DNA of 64,000 bases from an uncultured Hormoscilla sp. (GTDB lineage Bacteria > Cyanobacteriota > Cyanobacteriia > Cyanobacteriales > Desertifilaceae). The DNA is taken from NCBI GenBank assembly GCA_963921275.4, contig OZ001293.3, positions 640,001 through 704,000 on the forward strand, given 5' to 3'. The translations under genes were made by a program, and so were the position numbers. The notes under the pieces were generated by a model. The model was not told the origin of the DNA and did no database searches. It worked only from the letters and a program-made list of their open reading frames with translations. Each line of letters starts with the position of its first letter. Positions within the stretch are counted from its first letter, which is position 1. Shown here piece after piece: positions 1 to 10,833 of this stretch.

Positions 1-178
1 TATTGCCAAAAGTTGCGATCGCAGCATCCGTAGGTGGGACTGTGGGGGTTGCGATCGCACAAAGTCAGGATTTTGGGAATTTGCGCTAGGGCCTCTTTGG
101 CAAATAGGTCTCCATTCATATTGCGAATTGTAAATTGTGAATTGCGAATTGCGAATTGAGCCGTAGCCGTTCGTAGTA

Positions 179-1175
179 ATTAGGGGTCGAGCTGGGAATC
201 GCTTCCCAACCCTCCCTTTCGAACCGTGCATGCGGTTTTCATCGCACACGGCTACTGGTTAGTTGGACCTTGTCATTGGCAGGATTACTGGGGATTGCTC
301 CCTTTGTCCCTCTTCTTATGCAGTTTTTCCCCTTTATGGTAGTCGATAGGACTGTTTCGTATCTAGCTCCGGAAGGTTCGCGGGGGGTATCCAGGAAACC
401 ACTTATACCGCTCTTTGCTAACATTGCCCCTGTCTCGTCATTAGGGGACTTTTCAAGTTTTACCCGGCTAGAGTTTTAGTCCATATTACAATCTAGGATT
501 TCTCCTGATTTTTGGTACGTATTAGGGATACTTCCACCCAAGATTTCCAACTATATCCGACCCACGTCTGCCGGTACATTCCTGCACCACTTATACAAGG
601 AGTTACCCCTGTCCTTTGCTTCTTGGGCCATCTCTCTCCACATGGCTTACGCTTATCATCTAACTGGTCCCTATCTCCTGACCACCGGTCGATAGTCGAG
701 TAGTTATGGACAGCACACGTGGAGTTACTTCGTTCCCTGGTATCATTTCACGATGTTTTTAGGTCCCTGCTTTACCCCGGGAGCTACTTTGAGTGTGATG
801 TTGGCCATATGCAACAGCCAACACTAGCTACCATTTCCTTTTTAGGCCAGCGTGTAAGCCTTCTTCCGCTGGTTACACATAACGAGGCTTTCACAGATTC
901 GTTTTCCTAACCATGAGCATCTTTCCTAGCGGAGTTGCCGACTTTGGGCTGTCAGCTATCCTACATTTAAGTCCTTGCTCCGCACCACGGTGATGTCACT
1001 CCGCAGCACTAAGGACCGGTGTCACCCCCACACCTGGGGAGAGGGAATTTAACCCCCATGATGACCAGAGTTACCATATTGAGCCTGATTATGATTAGTT
1101 TTGGTTCTAAACATTCAGTCCAATTTTGGCTCGGCTTTTCCGTGTTTGTACAGGTTAGGCCGAAACGAGTCGCAC
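179..1175 (-). mobile_element. ORF-less group II intron, family A copy 1 (IIB-like)
   Basis: 5' end GTGCGACTCGTT at 1175 on the minus strand. D5 GTAGCCGTGTGCGATGAAAACCGCATGCACGG and D6 ending CTCGACCCCTAAT. Removing it rebuilds the repeat CCGTTCGTAGTAAACACTTTAGTGTTT found immediately next to it. Confidence 0.93.
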
Positions 1176-1258
1176 AACACTTTAGTGTTTATCTCCGTTC
1201 GTAGTAAACACTTTAGTGTTTATCTCCGTTCGTAGTAAACACTAAAGTGTTTATCTCC
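1176..1258. repeat. Tandem ~31-bp REP-like repeat (CGTTCGTAGTAAACACTTTAGTGTTTATCTC)
   Basis: About three units with palindromic core AAACACTTTAGTGTTT. Another copy lies at ~26508-26533. Confidence 0.8.
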
Positions 1259-1457
1259 GGGGGCGGTATTATGGCTAACCTGTAGGAATTGATATCATAT
1301 TTGTACCATATTCTGTCTCATAGGAACCCAACGGACGGGCGATCGTCCACTGCGCCTCCCCGAGTAAGGCCCGTGTTAAGTTACACCAGAGGCTCTGCCT
1401 CTAGATGTGCGTTCCCTGCCTTCCTCAGGGAACGAGAGAAGTCCCTTACAATTGACA

Positions 1458-3077
1458 ATGAACAATCAACAATTAACAATAGACAAAATTAGCTTCCGTA
1501 CAGTCCTAGTTATAGCGGGCATATTTTTCTGCTGCCTGCTGGGTTTCTCTCTCCATCGTCATTATAGCTTCTTTACCAGTTACGATCAAGGAATTTTCAA
1601 CCAGGTTTTCTGGAATAATCTCCACAGACGCTGGTTTGAAAGTTCTCTCTCTTCGGCTCTTTCTACTAATGTCGTTCACGATCGCTCATTCCCAGATGTT
1701 GGTTATCGCCGCTTGGGACAACATTTTACTCCCGCTTTGCTGCTGTGGCTACCTATCTATGCCCTATTTCCTTCCCCCGCGACTCTGTTGGCGATTCAGG
1801 TGACGCTGATTGCGGCGGCTGGTCTGCTACTCTATGTTTTGGCCAGAGTTTATCTCTCTCCTCGACTGGCTTTGACGATCGCGGCTAGTTATTACTGTGG
1901 CAATGCGGTAATCGGACCGGCCTTTTCTAATTTTAACGACCTGTGTCAGATGCCGCTATTTATCTTTGGGTTGCTGCTGGCCCTGGAAAAACGGGTTTGG
2001 TGGCTGTTTTGGTTGCTAGCAGTTGCTACTTTGGCGATTCGGGAAGATAGCGGCGTGGTATTGTTTGGAGTGGGAGTCTATATGGTGGGCAGTCGCAGGT
2101 TTCCTGGGCCGGGGTTGGCTTTATGTTCTCTTAGCTTTGGCTATATAATGTTGGCGACTAATCTGCTGATGGCGCTGTTTTCTCAGGATGTCTCCCGCCG
2201 GTTTACGATCGAACATTTCGGTCAGTATGCCCGGGGCAATGAAGCTTCGACTCTGGAGATTCTCTGGGGCATGATCTCTCAACCTCATAAGGTGATTATA
2301 GCACTATTCTCTCCTCTGGGCAAGACGATGAATTTCTTGGCCGGACAATGGTTGCCTTTGGCTTTTGTTCCGGCTGTTTCTCCCGCCTCCTGGGCGATCG
2401 GGGGTTTTCCGATGCTGCAACTGATGCTGCAAGAGGGGAGTTTTGCTCTGCGCTTGAATTGGCGTTATGCTATTACTGTTGTCCCCGGTATCTTTTATGG
2501 CACTATTTTATGGTGGTCCGCCCATGGCGATAAGTTTACTCCCTTGCTGCGCCGCTTCTGGATCGCTTGCTGGGCGATCGCCTTAACTTTTACTCTTTCC
2601 TCTAGTCCCCATCAGGTATTTTATTTCCTGATCCCTGATTCTCGGGAACCTTTAGTCTATACTTCTCTCAGTCAGCGTTGGGAACATGTGGGCCATATCC
2701 GAACTTTGATGCAGAAAATTCCCCCTGATGCTTCGGTTTCGGCAACTACTTTCCTGGTGCCTCATTTGTCCGGACGCCGGGAAGTTTTACGTTTGCCTGC
2801 TTTGCAACTGCGGAATGATGCTGCTGAAGTGGTTTGGGTGCAGTATGCGATCGCGGACTTCCAGCATTTCCGGCAATACTTGCCTGCTTTCAAGTTTTTC
2901 GGTCCCCAAATGTCAGCGACAATAACAGTAATTGACCGGGTTGTAGCCCAGGGTTTGTATGGGATAATTGAGGTAAGAGATGGAGTGGTGTTGCTGGAAA
3001 AAGGTATGTTATCTCAACCACAAGCTTTGACTGACTGGGAAACTTTGCGGGAACGGGTTCGTAGCACCGCCCACTAA
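1458..3077 (+). CDS. DUF2079-type multi-pass membrane protein (GT-C-like)
   Basis: Long hydrophobic ORF with YDQGIFNQVFWN, LGQHFTP and REDSG motifs. Start ATG 1458 chosen; the ORF is open from 1407. Confidence 0.8.
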   Translation: MNNQQLTIDKISFRTVLVIAGIFFCCLLGFSLHRHYSFFTSYDQGIFNQVFWNNLHRRWFESSLSSALSTNVVHDRSFPDVGYRRLGQHFTPALLLWLPIYALFPSPATLLAIQVTLIAAAGLLLYVLARVYLSPRLALTIAASYYCGNAVIGPAFSNFNDLCQMPLFIFGLLLALEKRVWWLFWLLAVATLAIREDSGVVLFGVGVYMVGSRRFPGPGLALCSLSFGYIMLATNLLMALFSQDVSRRFTIEHFGQYARGNEASTLEILWGMISQPHKVIIALFSPLGKTMNFLAGQWLPLAFVPAVSPASWAIGGFPMLQLMLQEGSFALRLNWRYAITVVPGIFYGTILWWSAHGDKFTPLLRRFWIACWAIALTFTLSSSPHQVFYFLIPDSREPLVYTSLSQRWEHVGHIRTLMQKIPPDASVSATTFLVPHLSGRREVLRLPALQLRNDAAEVVWVQYAIADFQHFRQYLPAFKFFGPQMSATITVIDRVVAQGLYGIIEVRDGVVLLEKGMLSQPQALTDWETLRERVRSTAH

Positions 3078-3289
3078 CAGTTTCTGGGCCTACGCACCGG
3101 GGTTGAGAAACCGGGTCGGCTGCGCAGCAGCTAGCCTGTGCGCGCAATCTTGAGATGCTCAACTGCTAGCCGCTGCGCTGACGCCACGGCTACGCCTGCA
3201 CTAACGCCCCTACAGTTATCTTTGAAAAATGAAAGGCTCCCGAACCAGGAGGCTTACGGTAGGAGCCGGAGAAACCGGGTTTCTTTTAC

Positions 3290-3610
3290 CTAAACGCCGA
3301 ACAAATTCTTGATGGGCCTGAGTTTGCAAACCCTACTGCAAAACTGCAAAAAGTTCACTCTGGTTTTTTTGGCGCAGGGACTCTACCGATAACCACAAAC
3401 CAGGGAACACAATACTAGAGATAATGCCATTGTCATCGAGGCGCAAAGGGACATAGCGACCTGCTTCCAGATAAAACCAATCAACTCGGTTCTCATAGAT
3501 TTGCCAGACAATATATTCTTGTACGCCATTGCGACGATAGGCATTGAGTTTGTCATGCAGGTCGTAAGCGGCGCTGCTGGCCGCAACTTCGACAATTAGT
3601 TCCGGCGATC
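3290..3610 (-). pseudogene. Uma2-family endonuclease, C-terminal remnant
   Basis: Manual translation PELIVEVAASSAAYDLHDKLNAYRRNGVQEYIVWQ...VFPGLWL. No N-terminus; frameshifted near the end. Confidence 0.75.
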
Positions 3611-3965
3611 GCCGTTTGAGCGCATGGGTAGGTCTAGCTGGGGACTGACAACCATAGGGGCAAAAAATAATTACTGCTAAGTCTATTTTATCATATCAAT
3701 AGCGTCAGGTAGGCGAGGGTGCGATCAAAATCCTTGGGTTTATAACAGGTATACCCGCCGGAATGGGATCTACTTGCGCTTTTTTCTGGTTTGGTTGGGA
3801 CCGAGGGGCGCTTGATCGCCGGAGAAACCGGGTTTCTTTTACTATCTCCGTGGAAATGCCAAAATCTGCGGTATAAACCCGGTTTCTGCTCCTCTCTGCG
3901 CCAGCTAGCTGTCTTGCACCAAAATAGGATACAATTTAAACATATCAGGTAGAGGTACAGTAGAT

Positions 3966-4649
3966 ATGGTACAGCAACTAGAACATTTAAAAAATCCTAC
4001 CCAGCCAGACATTATCTATCCCGATAGCGACGGTCAACCAATGGCAGATAACACCACACAATTTCGCTGGATCGTAATCATCAAGGAAAATCTCGAATTG
4101 CTGTTTGCGGCCTATGCCGATATTTTTGTCGCCGGAGACCTGTTATGGTATCCGGTTGAAGGAAATAATAAGATTAGAATGGCACCGGATGCCATGGTTG
4201 TCTTTGGCAGGCCCAAAGGCGATCGGGGTTCCTACAAACAATGGAGAGAAGATAACATTGCTCCGCAGGTAGTGTTTGAAATCTTATCTCCAGGGATCCG
4301 CGCTTCCGAAATGGACAAGAAATTGGAGCTTTACGATCGCTATGGCGTGGAAGAATACTACCTCTACGATCCCGAGAAAGTCAACTTGACCGGTTGGCTG
4401 CGTAGGGAAGGAAAATTAGAATCGATCGACAAGCTAGATGGTTGGGTAAGTCCCAGACTCAAGGTGCGGTTTGATTTGACAGGGCCCGAACTACAGATTT
4501 TCACGGCATCAGGCGATCGGTTTTTAACTTATTTGAAAATGGGACAACTCAAAGAACGGGAACGACAACGGGCCGAACAGGCTGAAGCGAGAATTAAAAT
4601 GCTTTCACACCGACTGCAAGAACTGGGCATCGATCCCGAACAGTTGTAA
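3966..4649 (+). CDS. Uma2-family endonuclease
   Basis: YPDSDGQPMADNT, APDAMVVFGRPKG, PQVVFEILSP and YGVEEYYLYDP motifs. Confidence 0.9.
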   Translation: MVQQLEHLKNPTQPDIIYPDSDGQPMADNTTQFRWIVIIKENLELLFAAYADIFVAGDLLWYPVEGNNKIRMAPDAMVVFGRPKGDRGSYKQWREDNIAPQVVFEILSPGIRASEMDKKLELYDRYGVEEYYLYDPEKVNLTGWLRREGKLESIDKLDGWVSPRLKVRFDLTGPELQIFTASGDRFLTYLKMGQLKERERQRAEQAEARIKMLSHRLQELGIDPEQL

Positions 4650-5618
4650 TATCATGTCCGATCGAATGCCCTAACATAAAAATTGTATCACTTGTAGGTT
4701 GGGTTGAGGCACGAAACCCGATTGGGTAACGCGAGACACTCATGGTGGTGGGCGGTGCCCTTTGTTGCGAGAAAGATTACAAGATGTTAAGTTTTATAAC
4801 GGAAGTGGGATTGGTCAGACAGATGGGGTGGGATGAGTTGAATCACATTTTTAGTGGTGATACTGAGTTGGCCGGAAAACCTATGGTGGGGCACTGCTCG
4901 GGTGCTGGCGCTAAGGAGGGGGGGCCTGCTCGCTGGTGCTGGCGCTTTAGCGCTCACTACGAACCTAGAGAGAGGATGTAATGGAAAATTAGGAGGTATT
5001 ATTGGGCTCCACAGGCCCGCTAGAACTGCCTGATGGGAGTCGGTTGGGGCTTTTGGGCATTGCTGGAGATTCTATAGTACCCCAAAGTCTGGAAGGGCGA
5101 TCGGCTGGAGTGGAAAGTCAGGCAGTTCTAGTGCCGCTAGAGGTTAGTCCCGATGAGATTGAGGAAATTCCACCAGATGTAGACCCGTTGACGGGCATTC
5201 CAGAGACGGGGGGCACGAACAATAATTTAACTCTCAAGCTTGCTAATAATTCTGAAGCGCCTCTGCTTCTGGATATCGATCGCAATGGCAGAGTGGAAGC
5301 TTGGACCGATGGGATTATGATTGTTCGCCATCTGTGGGGATATTCTGGGGAGAGTGTGGTTCTATATGCAGTTGCGCCAGATGGGACGAGGACTGATGCG
5401 GCCGAAATTACATCATACCTTGATAAACTGGGTCTGGTCCTGGACGTGGATGGGGATGGCGAATTAATGCACCAGACAGATGGGGCAATGATTTTTCGCT
5501 ATCTGTTGGGATTTTCTGGTGTGTTTCTGGTTCACAATGTGATCGGCCCCGGCGCGACTCGGGATACGGTGGAGGAGGTGACGGCATACCTGGATGAACT
5601 CAAGAGTATGACTGTGAC

Positions 5619-6514
5619 ACCTCCAGCAGAAAATCAAGCACCGGTACTGGAACCAGTAGGGGACCTGGAAGTGATGCCCGGCGGTCGTCTGGAGGTGCAG
5701 TTACAAGCAACAGACCCGGATGGAGATCCGATCAAATTCTTTCTGGGTAACTCATCAGCTCTGCCCACGGGAATGCTGGAAGGGAATGGCATTCTGGTAT
5801 TTACTCCGACAATAGATGAGTTGGGAACTTATAGTTTTACAATTATTGCCTCGGATGGCGAGTTGGAAGCGACAGAAGAGGTCACCTTGAAAGTGATACC
5901 GGATACGGTTGTGACTCCAGAACCTCCAGCAGAAAATCAAGCCCCGGTTCTGGAACCAGTGGGGGACCTGGAAGTGATGCCCGGAGGTCGTCTGGAGGTG
6001 CAGTTACAAGCAACGGACCCGGATGGAGATCCGATCACATTCTCTCTGGGTAACTCATCAGCTCTGCCCACGGGAATGCTGGAAGGGAATGGCATTCTGG
6101 TATTTACTCCGACAATAGATGAGTTGGGAACTTATAGTTTTACAATTATTGCCTCGGATGGCGAGTTGGAAGCGACAGAAGAGGTCACCTTGAAAGTGAT
6201 ACCGGATACGGTTGTGACTCCAGAACCTCCAGCAGAAAATCAAGCCCCGGTTCTGGAACCAGTGGGGGACCTGGAAGTGATGCCCGGAGGTCGTCTGGAG
6301 GTGCAGTTACAAGCAACGGACCCGGATGGAGATCCGATCACATTCTCTCTGGGTAACTCATCAGCTCTGCCCACGGGAATGCTGGAAGGGAATGGTATTC
6401 TGGTATTTACTCCGACAATAGATGAGTTGGGAACTTATAGTTTTACAATTATTGCCTCGGATGGCGAGTTGGAAGCGACAGAAGAGGTCACCTTGAAAGT
6501 GATACCGGATACGG
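5619..6514 (+). repeat. Three near-identical 303-bp tandem repeats encoding Ig-like domains
   Basis: PPAENQAPVLEPVGDLEV...TLKVIPDTV occurs three times with near-identical DNA. Confidence 0.95.
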
Positions 6515-8339
6515 TGACGACGACTCGCATCTCTGGGACGATCCAAAATACAGAGGAAGAACCTCTAGCTAGCGTACCTATTGAACTGGGCGATTTGCAG
6601 ACGGTGACGGCGGCAGATGGTTCCTTCACTATTGAAATTACGGGTACGCTATCAGACGATACCCTGAAGGTGCGCGGGGAAGAAATAGCCGGAGACCTTA
6701 CCTACCCGTTCGTTGCGGAGAAGTTGCCCTGCTGCTAGGACGGGACCCGCTGACGGGAGTTAATAATGTCGTCAGTCGTCCGATATTCCTGCCGGCGATC
6801 GATATAGACAATGGGGTAAAAATTGACCCATCTGTGGATACGATGGTGACGACAGATGCTATCCCTGGGGCGGAAGTGTTCGTGGCAGCGGGAACCCTGG
6901 AAAGTATGGATGGCAGTCTGTTTACGGGCCAGTTGAGTATTACGGAAGTGCCGCGAGACCTCACCCCCGCAGCCCTACCAGAAAATCTGTTACCGGATGT
7001 CGTGGTAACTATTCAACCGGCAGAGATAATCTTTACTACGCCAGCACCCCTGTCGATGCCCAATGAGGCGGGCTACGATCCGGGAACGGAGATGGACCTG
7101 TGGTCAATTAATCCAGAAACGGGCGAATTTGAACGGGTGGGAACTGGTGAGGTAAGTGCGGATGGCAGTACGATTAATACGATAGAAGGCGGTATCCGCA
7201 ACAGTAGTTGGCATTTCTTTGTGCCATTTTTATTATTAGAAGTGCCGACTGACCCAGAAGATAACCCGCGCAACCCAGATTTAGAAGTGCCGACTGACCC
7301 AGAAGATAACCCGCGCAACCCAGATGATGAATGTAGCTGTTGTAAGGTAACGGCACCAGGGACTTCAGAGGTAGAATTGCATTCAGGTGCGGTGTTGGAG
7401 TCTCACGACTTGGTGCCTTATCAGTCTTTGGGCGTGAGTCGGGGTTTAACCCTCAGCTACGATTCTCTGCGGGCAGACCCCAGACAAATTATGCATTTTG
7501 GCTATGCTAACGTACAGGCGGACCAGAATCGCCGCTTGGTGGCCGAACTGGCAATCAGTCGGGGCGATTTTGAGTTCCAAGTACCGGGGTTTGCAGGGGG
7601 TGAGTACGGACTGGATGGGGGCGAACATTTTTGGTCCCTGCCCGGGAATGGCGGACTGGCGGATGCGGCGCTGCAAGCGGATATGCGTTTTCTATCTTCG
7701 GGTCGCTACGACTACGAACTGACGAGGGGACTGCTACAGTTGAATGATGAGAATCTGTTTAGCGGTTCGACTTCGACCAGTTCGGGACGGCTGCTGCATG
7801 TCAATAGGATCGACAGTCCCTTCGGTAATGGTTGGGGACTGGCGGAATGGCAGGAATTGGTGGAAAATCCCGATGGTTCGGTCCTGCTGATCGATGGAAA
7901 TGGTGGGGAACTGCTGTTTGAAGCGTCAGCAACAGGAGATGGTTACGAGTCTCCTCGTGGGGACTTCTCAACTCTGGAACGCTTGCCAAATGGGACTTTT
8001 CAGCGGACGATGAAGGACCGGACGGTCTACAGCTTTAACGGACAAAATCAGTTGGCGCGGATGGTAGACCGCAATGGGAATGAAACTGAGTATGTTTATA
8101 CGGGAGGCCAGTTAAGCAAGATTGTTGACCCGGTCGGACTGGAAACTACCTTTACCTATACTAATGGCAGGGTGACGGCGATCGCGGACCCAGCGGGGCG
8201 GGTGACTCTGTTGGAGTATGATGCAGCAGGAAACTTAACTAGGATTACTGACCCGGATGGCACTCGGCGGACTTGGGAGTACGATGCTAACAACCACATG
8301 ATTGCTGAGATTGACAAGCGGGGTAATCGAGAGGAGACT

Positions 8340-9210
8340 GTGCGATTCGTTCTAGCCTAACGTGGTCAAACACGGAACGCTAGCCCGGTTTCATTAGCCG
8401 GGAACTCTGACCGCATGGGGGTTAAATTCCCCTCCCCCCAGGTACGGGGGTGACACCGGTCCTCGGTGCTACGAAGCGACATCATCGTGGTGCTAAGCGA
8501 GGACTCAAATGTAGGATAACTGGCAGCCTAAGCCGGTGACGCCGCTAGGAAAGATATCCAAGGTTAGAGCAGGCAAACATGTGCAAGCCTCGTTATAAGG
8601 AACCAGCGAAATAAGGCTATATGCGCTGGCCTAAAAAGGAAATGGTAGCTAGTATTAGTTTTAGACTCTGGCTAATATAGTACTCAAATAGCTCCCGGGG
8701 TATAGTGTGGACCTAAAGGTATCGCGAAATGTTGTTAGGGAACGAAGTAACCTCTCGTGTGCTGTCCATCAGGACAAGTTAGATGTTAAGCGCAAGCCAC
8801 GGGGGGAGGGATGGCCCAAGAAGCGAATGCCCGGGGTAATTCCTGGGATAACATCTACAGTAATGTAGATGATGCTGGGTAGCCAGCGCTGACGTGGGTC
8901 GGTGATACTAGGAAGCTGCTGGAATGAGTAATCCTAAAAAGCCACGGAACTAATCCGAAACGCAAGTGGAGGATAAGGTATGGATAACTGGTAAAACTGA
9001 CTTGAAAATGGTGATACTAACGGTTATCAGAACAACCACTCGCTAAACCAGGAAAGGGAAGAAAAGACAGGCGGCAAGGGCTAACGGAAGTAATTCCTAT
9101 TAAGTCTACCTATGAAAAGGGCCTAGTACCCAGTAGCCGGATGCGGTGAAAATCGCAAGTCCGGTTCCTCAAGGGAGGGTCGGGAAGCGATTCCCGGCTC
9201 GACCCCATCC
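8340..9210 (+). mobile_element. ORF-less group II intron, family A copy 2, inside the RHS gene
   Basis: Starts GTGCGATTCGTT. D5 GTAGCCGGATGCGGTGAAAATCGCAAGTCCGG. Removal restores frame GNREET|TYDFAGR. EBS1 AGACTCT pairs 6/7 with exon end GGAGACT. Confidence 0.93.
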
Positions 9211-9928
9211 ACCTATGATTTTGCCGGTCGCGCTGATGCAGCGGTAGCTAAGGATGGTTCTCAGTTAGATTTTGACCAGTCCAGGTGCAGGGACTGTACG
9301 AACCGGGTGAAACTATTGACCCCCTGGATGCCCCAGTGGCGTTCCAGTTGGGGGCTGTGGAGTCTAGTTATGTGGATGCAAATGGCAATACGATCGTCTA
9401 TACCTTAGACCAAGCGGGGCAAATTGTCTCGGCGATGGATGAAGTCGGGGCGTTACCGACGGTGGTCCGGAATGAGGAGAATCTCGTGACTAGCAGGACG
9501 GTGCCCGAGGTAATGTTACCTCCTTTACCTACGATGAGAATGGGAATGTCCTGAGTAGCGTCGATATCGGTCTGGTTAGCGGTTCGATCTCCGTACTGGG
9601 GGAAGTAGACGAGTTTACCTTTGAGGGAACGGCGGGACAATGGCTGTACTACGATGGTCTGGGTAATGACGTTAATATAGATGTCCAACTGCTCAGCCCT
9701 AGCGATGACATATTTAACGTCAGAAATAGGAGATTCTTGAGCCTGACGGAGACAGGTACATATCGCTTGGTTCTGAGAGGAAACACGGGCGACTACAGTT
9801 TCCGGTTGTTAGATGTGGCGGATGCTCCGACTTTGAATTTGGGTACCATTGTGACGGACAGTCTGGGCCCGGGCGCGGAAATGGATATCTATAAGTTCCG
9901 GGGCACTGCAGGTCAGCGGATCCTAGTT

Positions 9929-10823
9929 GGGCGTGTCATCAGTTAAGCCAAACAACAGTAGCAGCCAGGTAGATAGCACCCAAGAAATTCTGAGCCCTCT
10001 TATCGTAACGGGTGGCAATGGCTCGATATTGCTTGAGTTTGGCAAAAAAATTCTCAATCAAATGACGTGCTTTGTATAGATATTTGTCATAACGGCGTTG
10101 TTCTTTTCGATTGGATTTAGGCGGAATCACAGGTTCGCATTGCTGGGCTTCAAGACGTTTCAAAACCCGTTCGTCAGCATCAGAAGCTTTGTCTGCGAGT
10201 AACGCATCAGCCTTAATATTATCAAGTAACACATCAGCCCCTTCCAAATCGTGAGCTTGACCGGCTGTTAAATGAAAACCCGTTGGGTTCCCCAATGCGT
10301 CACAGGTCGCGTGAATTTTGGTACTCAAACCCCCTTTACGGCGTCCGATGGCTTGGTCGCAATCTTTTTTTTGAGCACCTGCACTATGTTGATGAGCCCT
10401 TTATATCGTGGCATCAATCATCGCATATTCGTTATCGGCATCGGACGCAAGTACCTTGAATACTCTTTCCCATACCCCGGATTTTGACCACCTACTATGG
10501 CGCGTATGAATTACCCTCAAGTCCCCAAATCGCTCGGGTAAGTCCCGCCAAGGTATCCCAGCTCTATATCGATACAAGACAGCATAGACAAATAAGCGGT
10601 TATCCTTAGCTGTCCCCCCCACATAACCCTCCCGACCTGGCAATAGGTCCCTGATTCTCTCCCACTGGTCATCTCTTAAAGCATAGCGACGCATTTCTCA
10701 AATTCTCCTGCTCTAACCTTTACCCTCTTAGATCACACCAATATATCCTGGTTGTCAACTCAATCATCTTGTTATATATTTTTGGTGGGGACCCATATCG
10801 TTAATCTAACTGATGACACGCCC
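9929..10823 (-). mobile_element. IS5-family element (IS427-like, split ORFs)
   Basis: TIR GGGCGTGTCATCAGTTA at both ends. ORFs [14 protein letters not shown].. and ..KIHATCDALGNP..ARHLIENFFAKLKQYRAIATRYDK. Confidence 0.92.
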
Positions 10824-10833
10824 TAACATCTTA

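Larger units (their letters stand above)
5002..9928 (+). pseudogene. Giant surface/RHS (YD-repeat) protein with Ig/cadherin-like repeats; frameshifted, intron-split and truncated
   Basis: ORFs 5002-6738, 6834-8360, 9285-9554 and 9737-9946 are consecutive pieces. Contains dockerin-like LDIDxNG...TDG repeats, three Ig-like repeats and YD repeats (YDAAGNLTRITDPDG). Cut by IS5 at 9929. Confidence 0.85.

Noticed and set aside
239..1204. Short ORFs inside intron ribozymes (also 34438-35284, 49500-49757, 52742-53072)
   Set aside because: They overlap conserved structural RNA and are not conserved as ORFs between intron copies.
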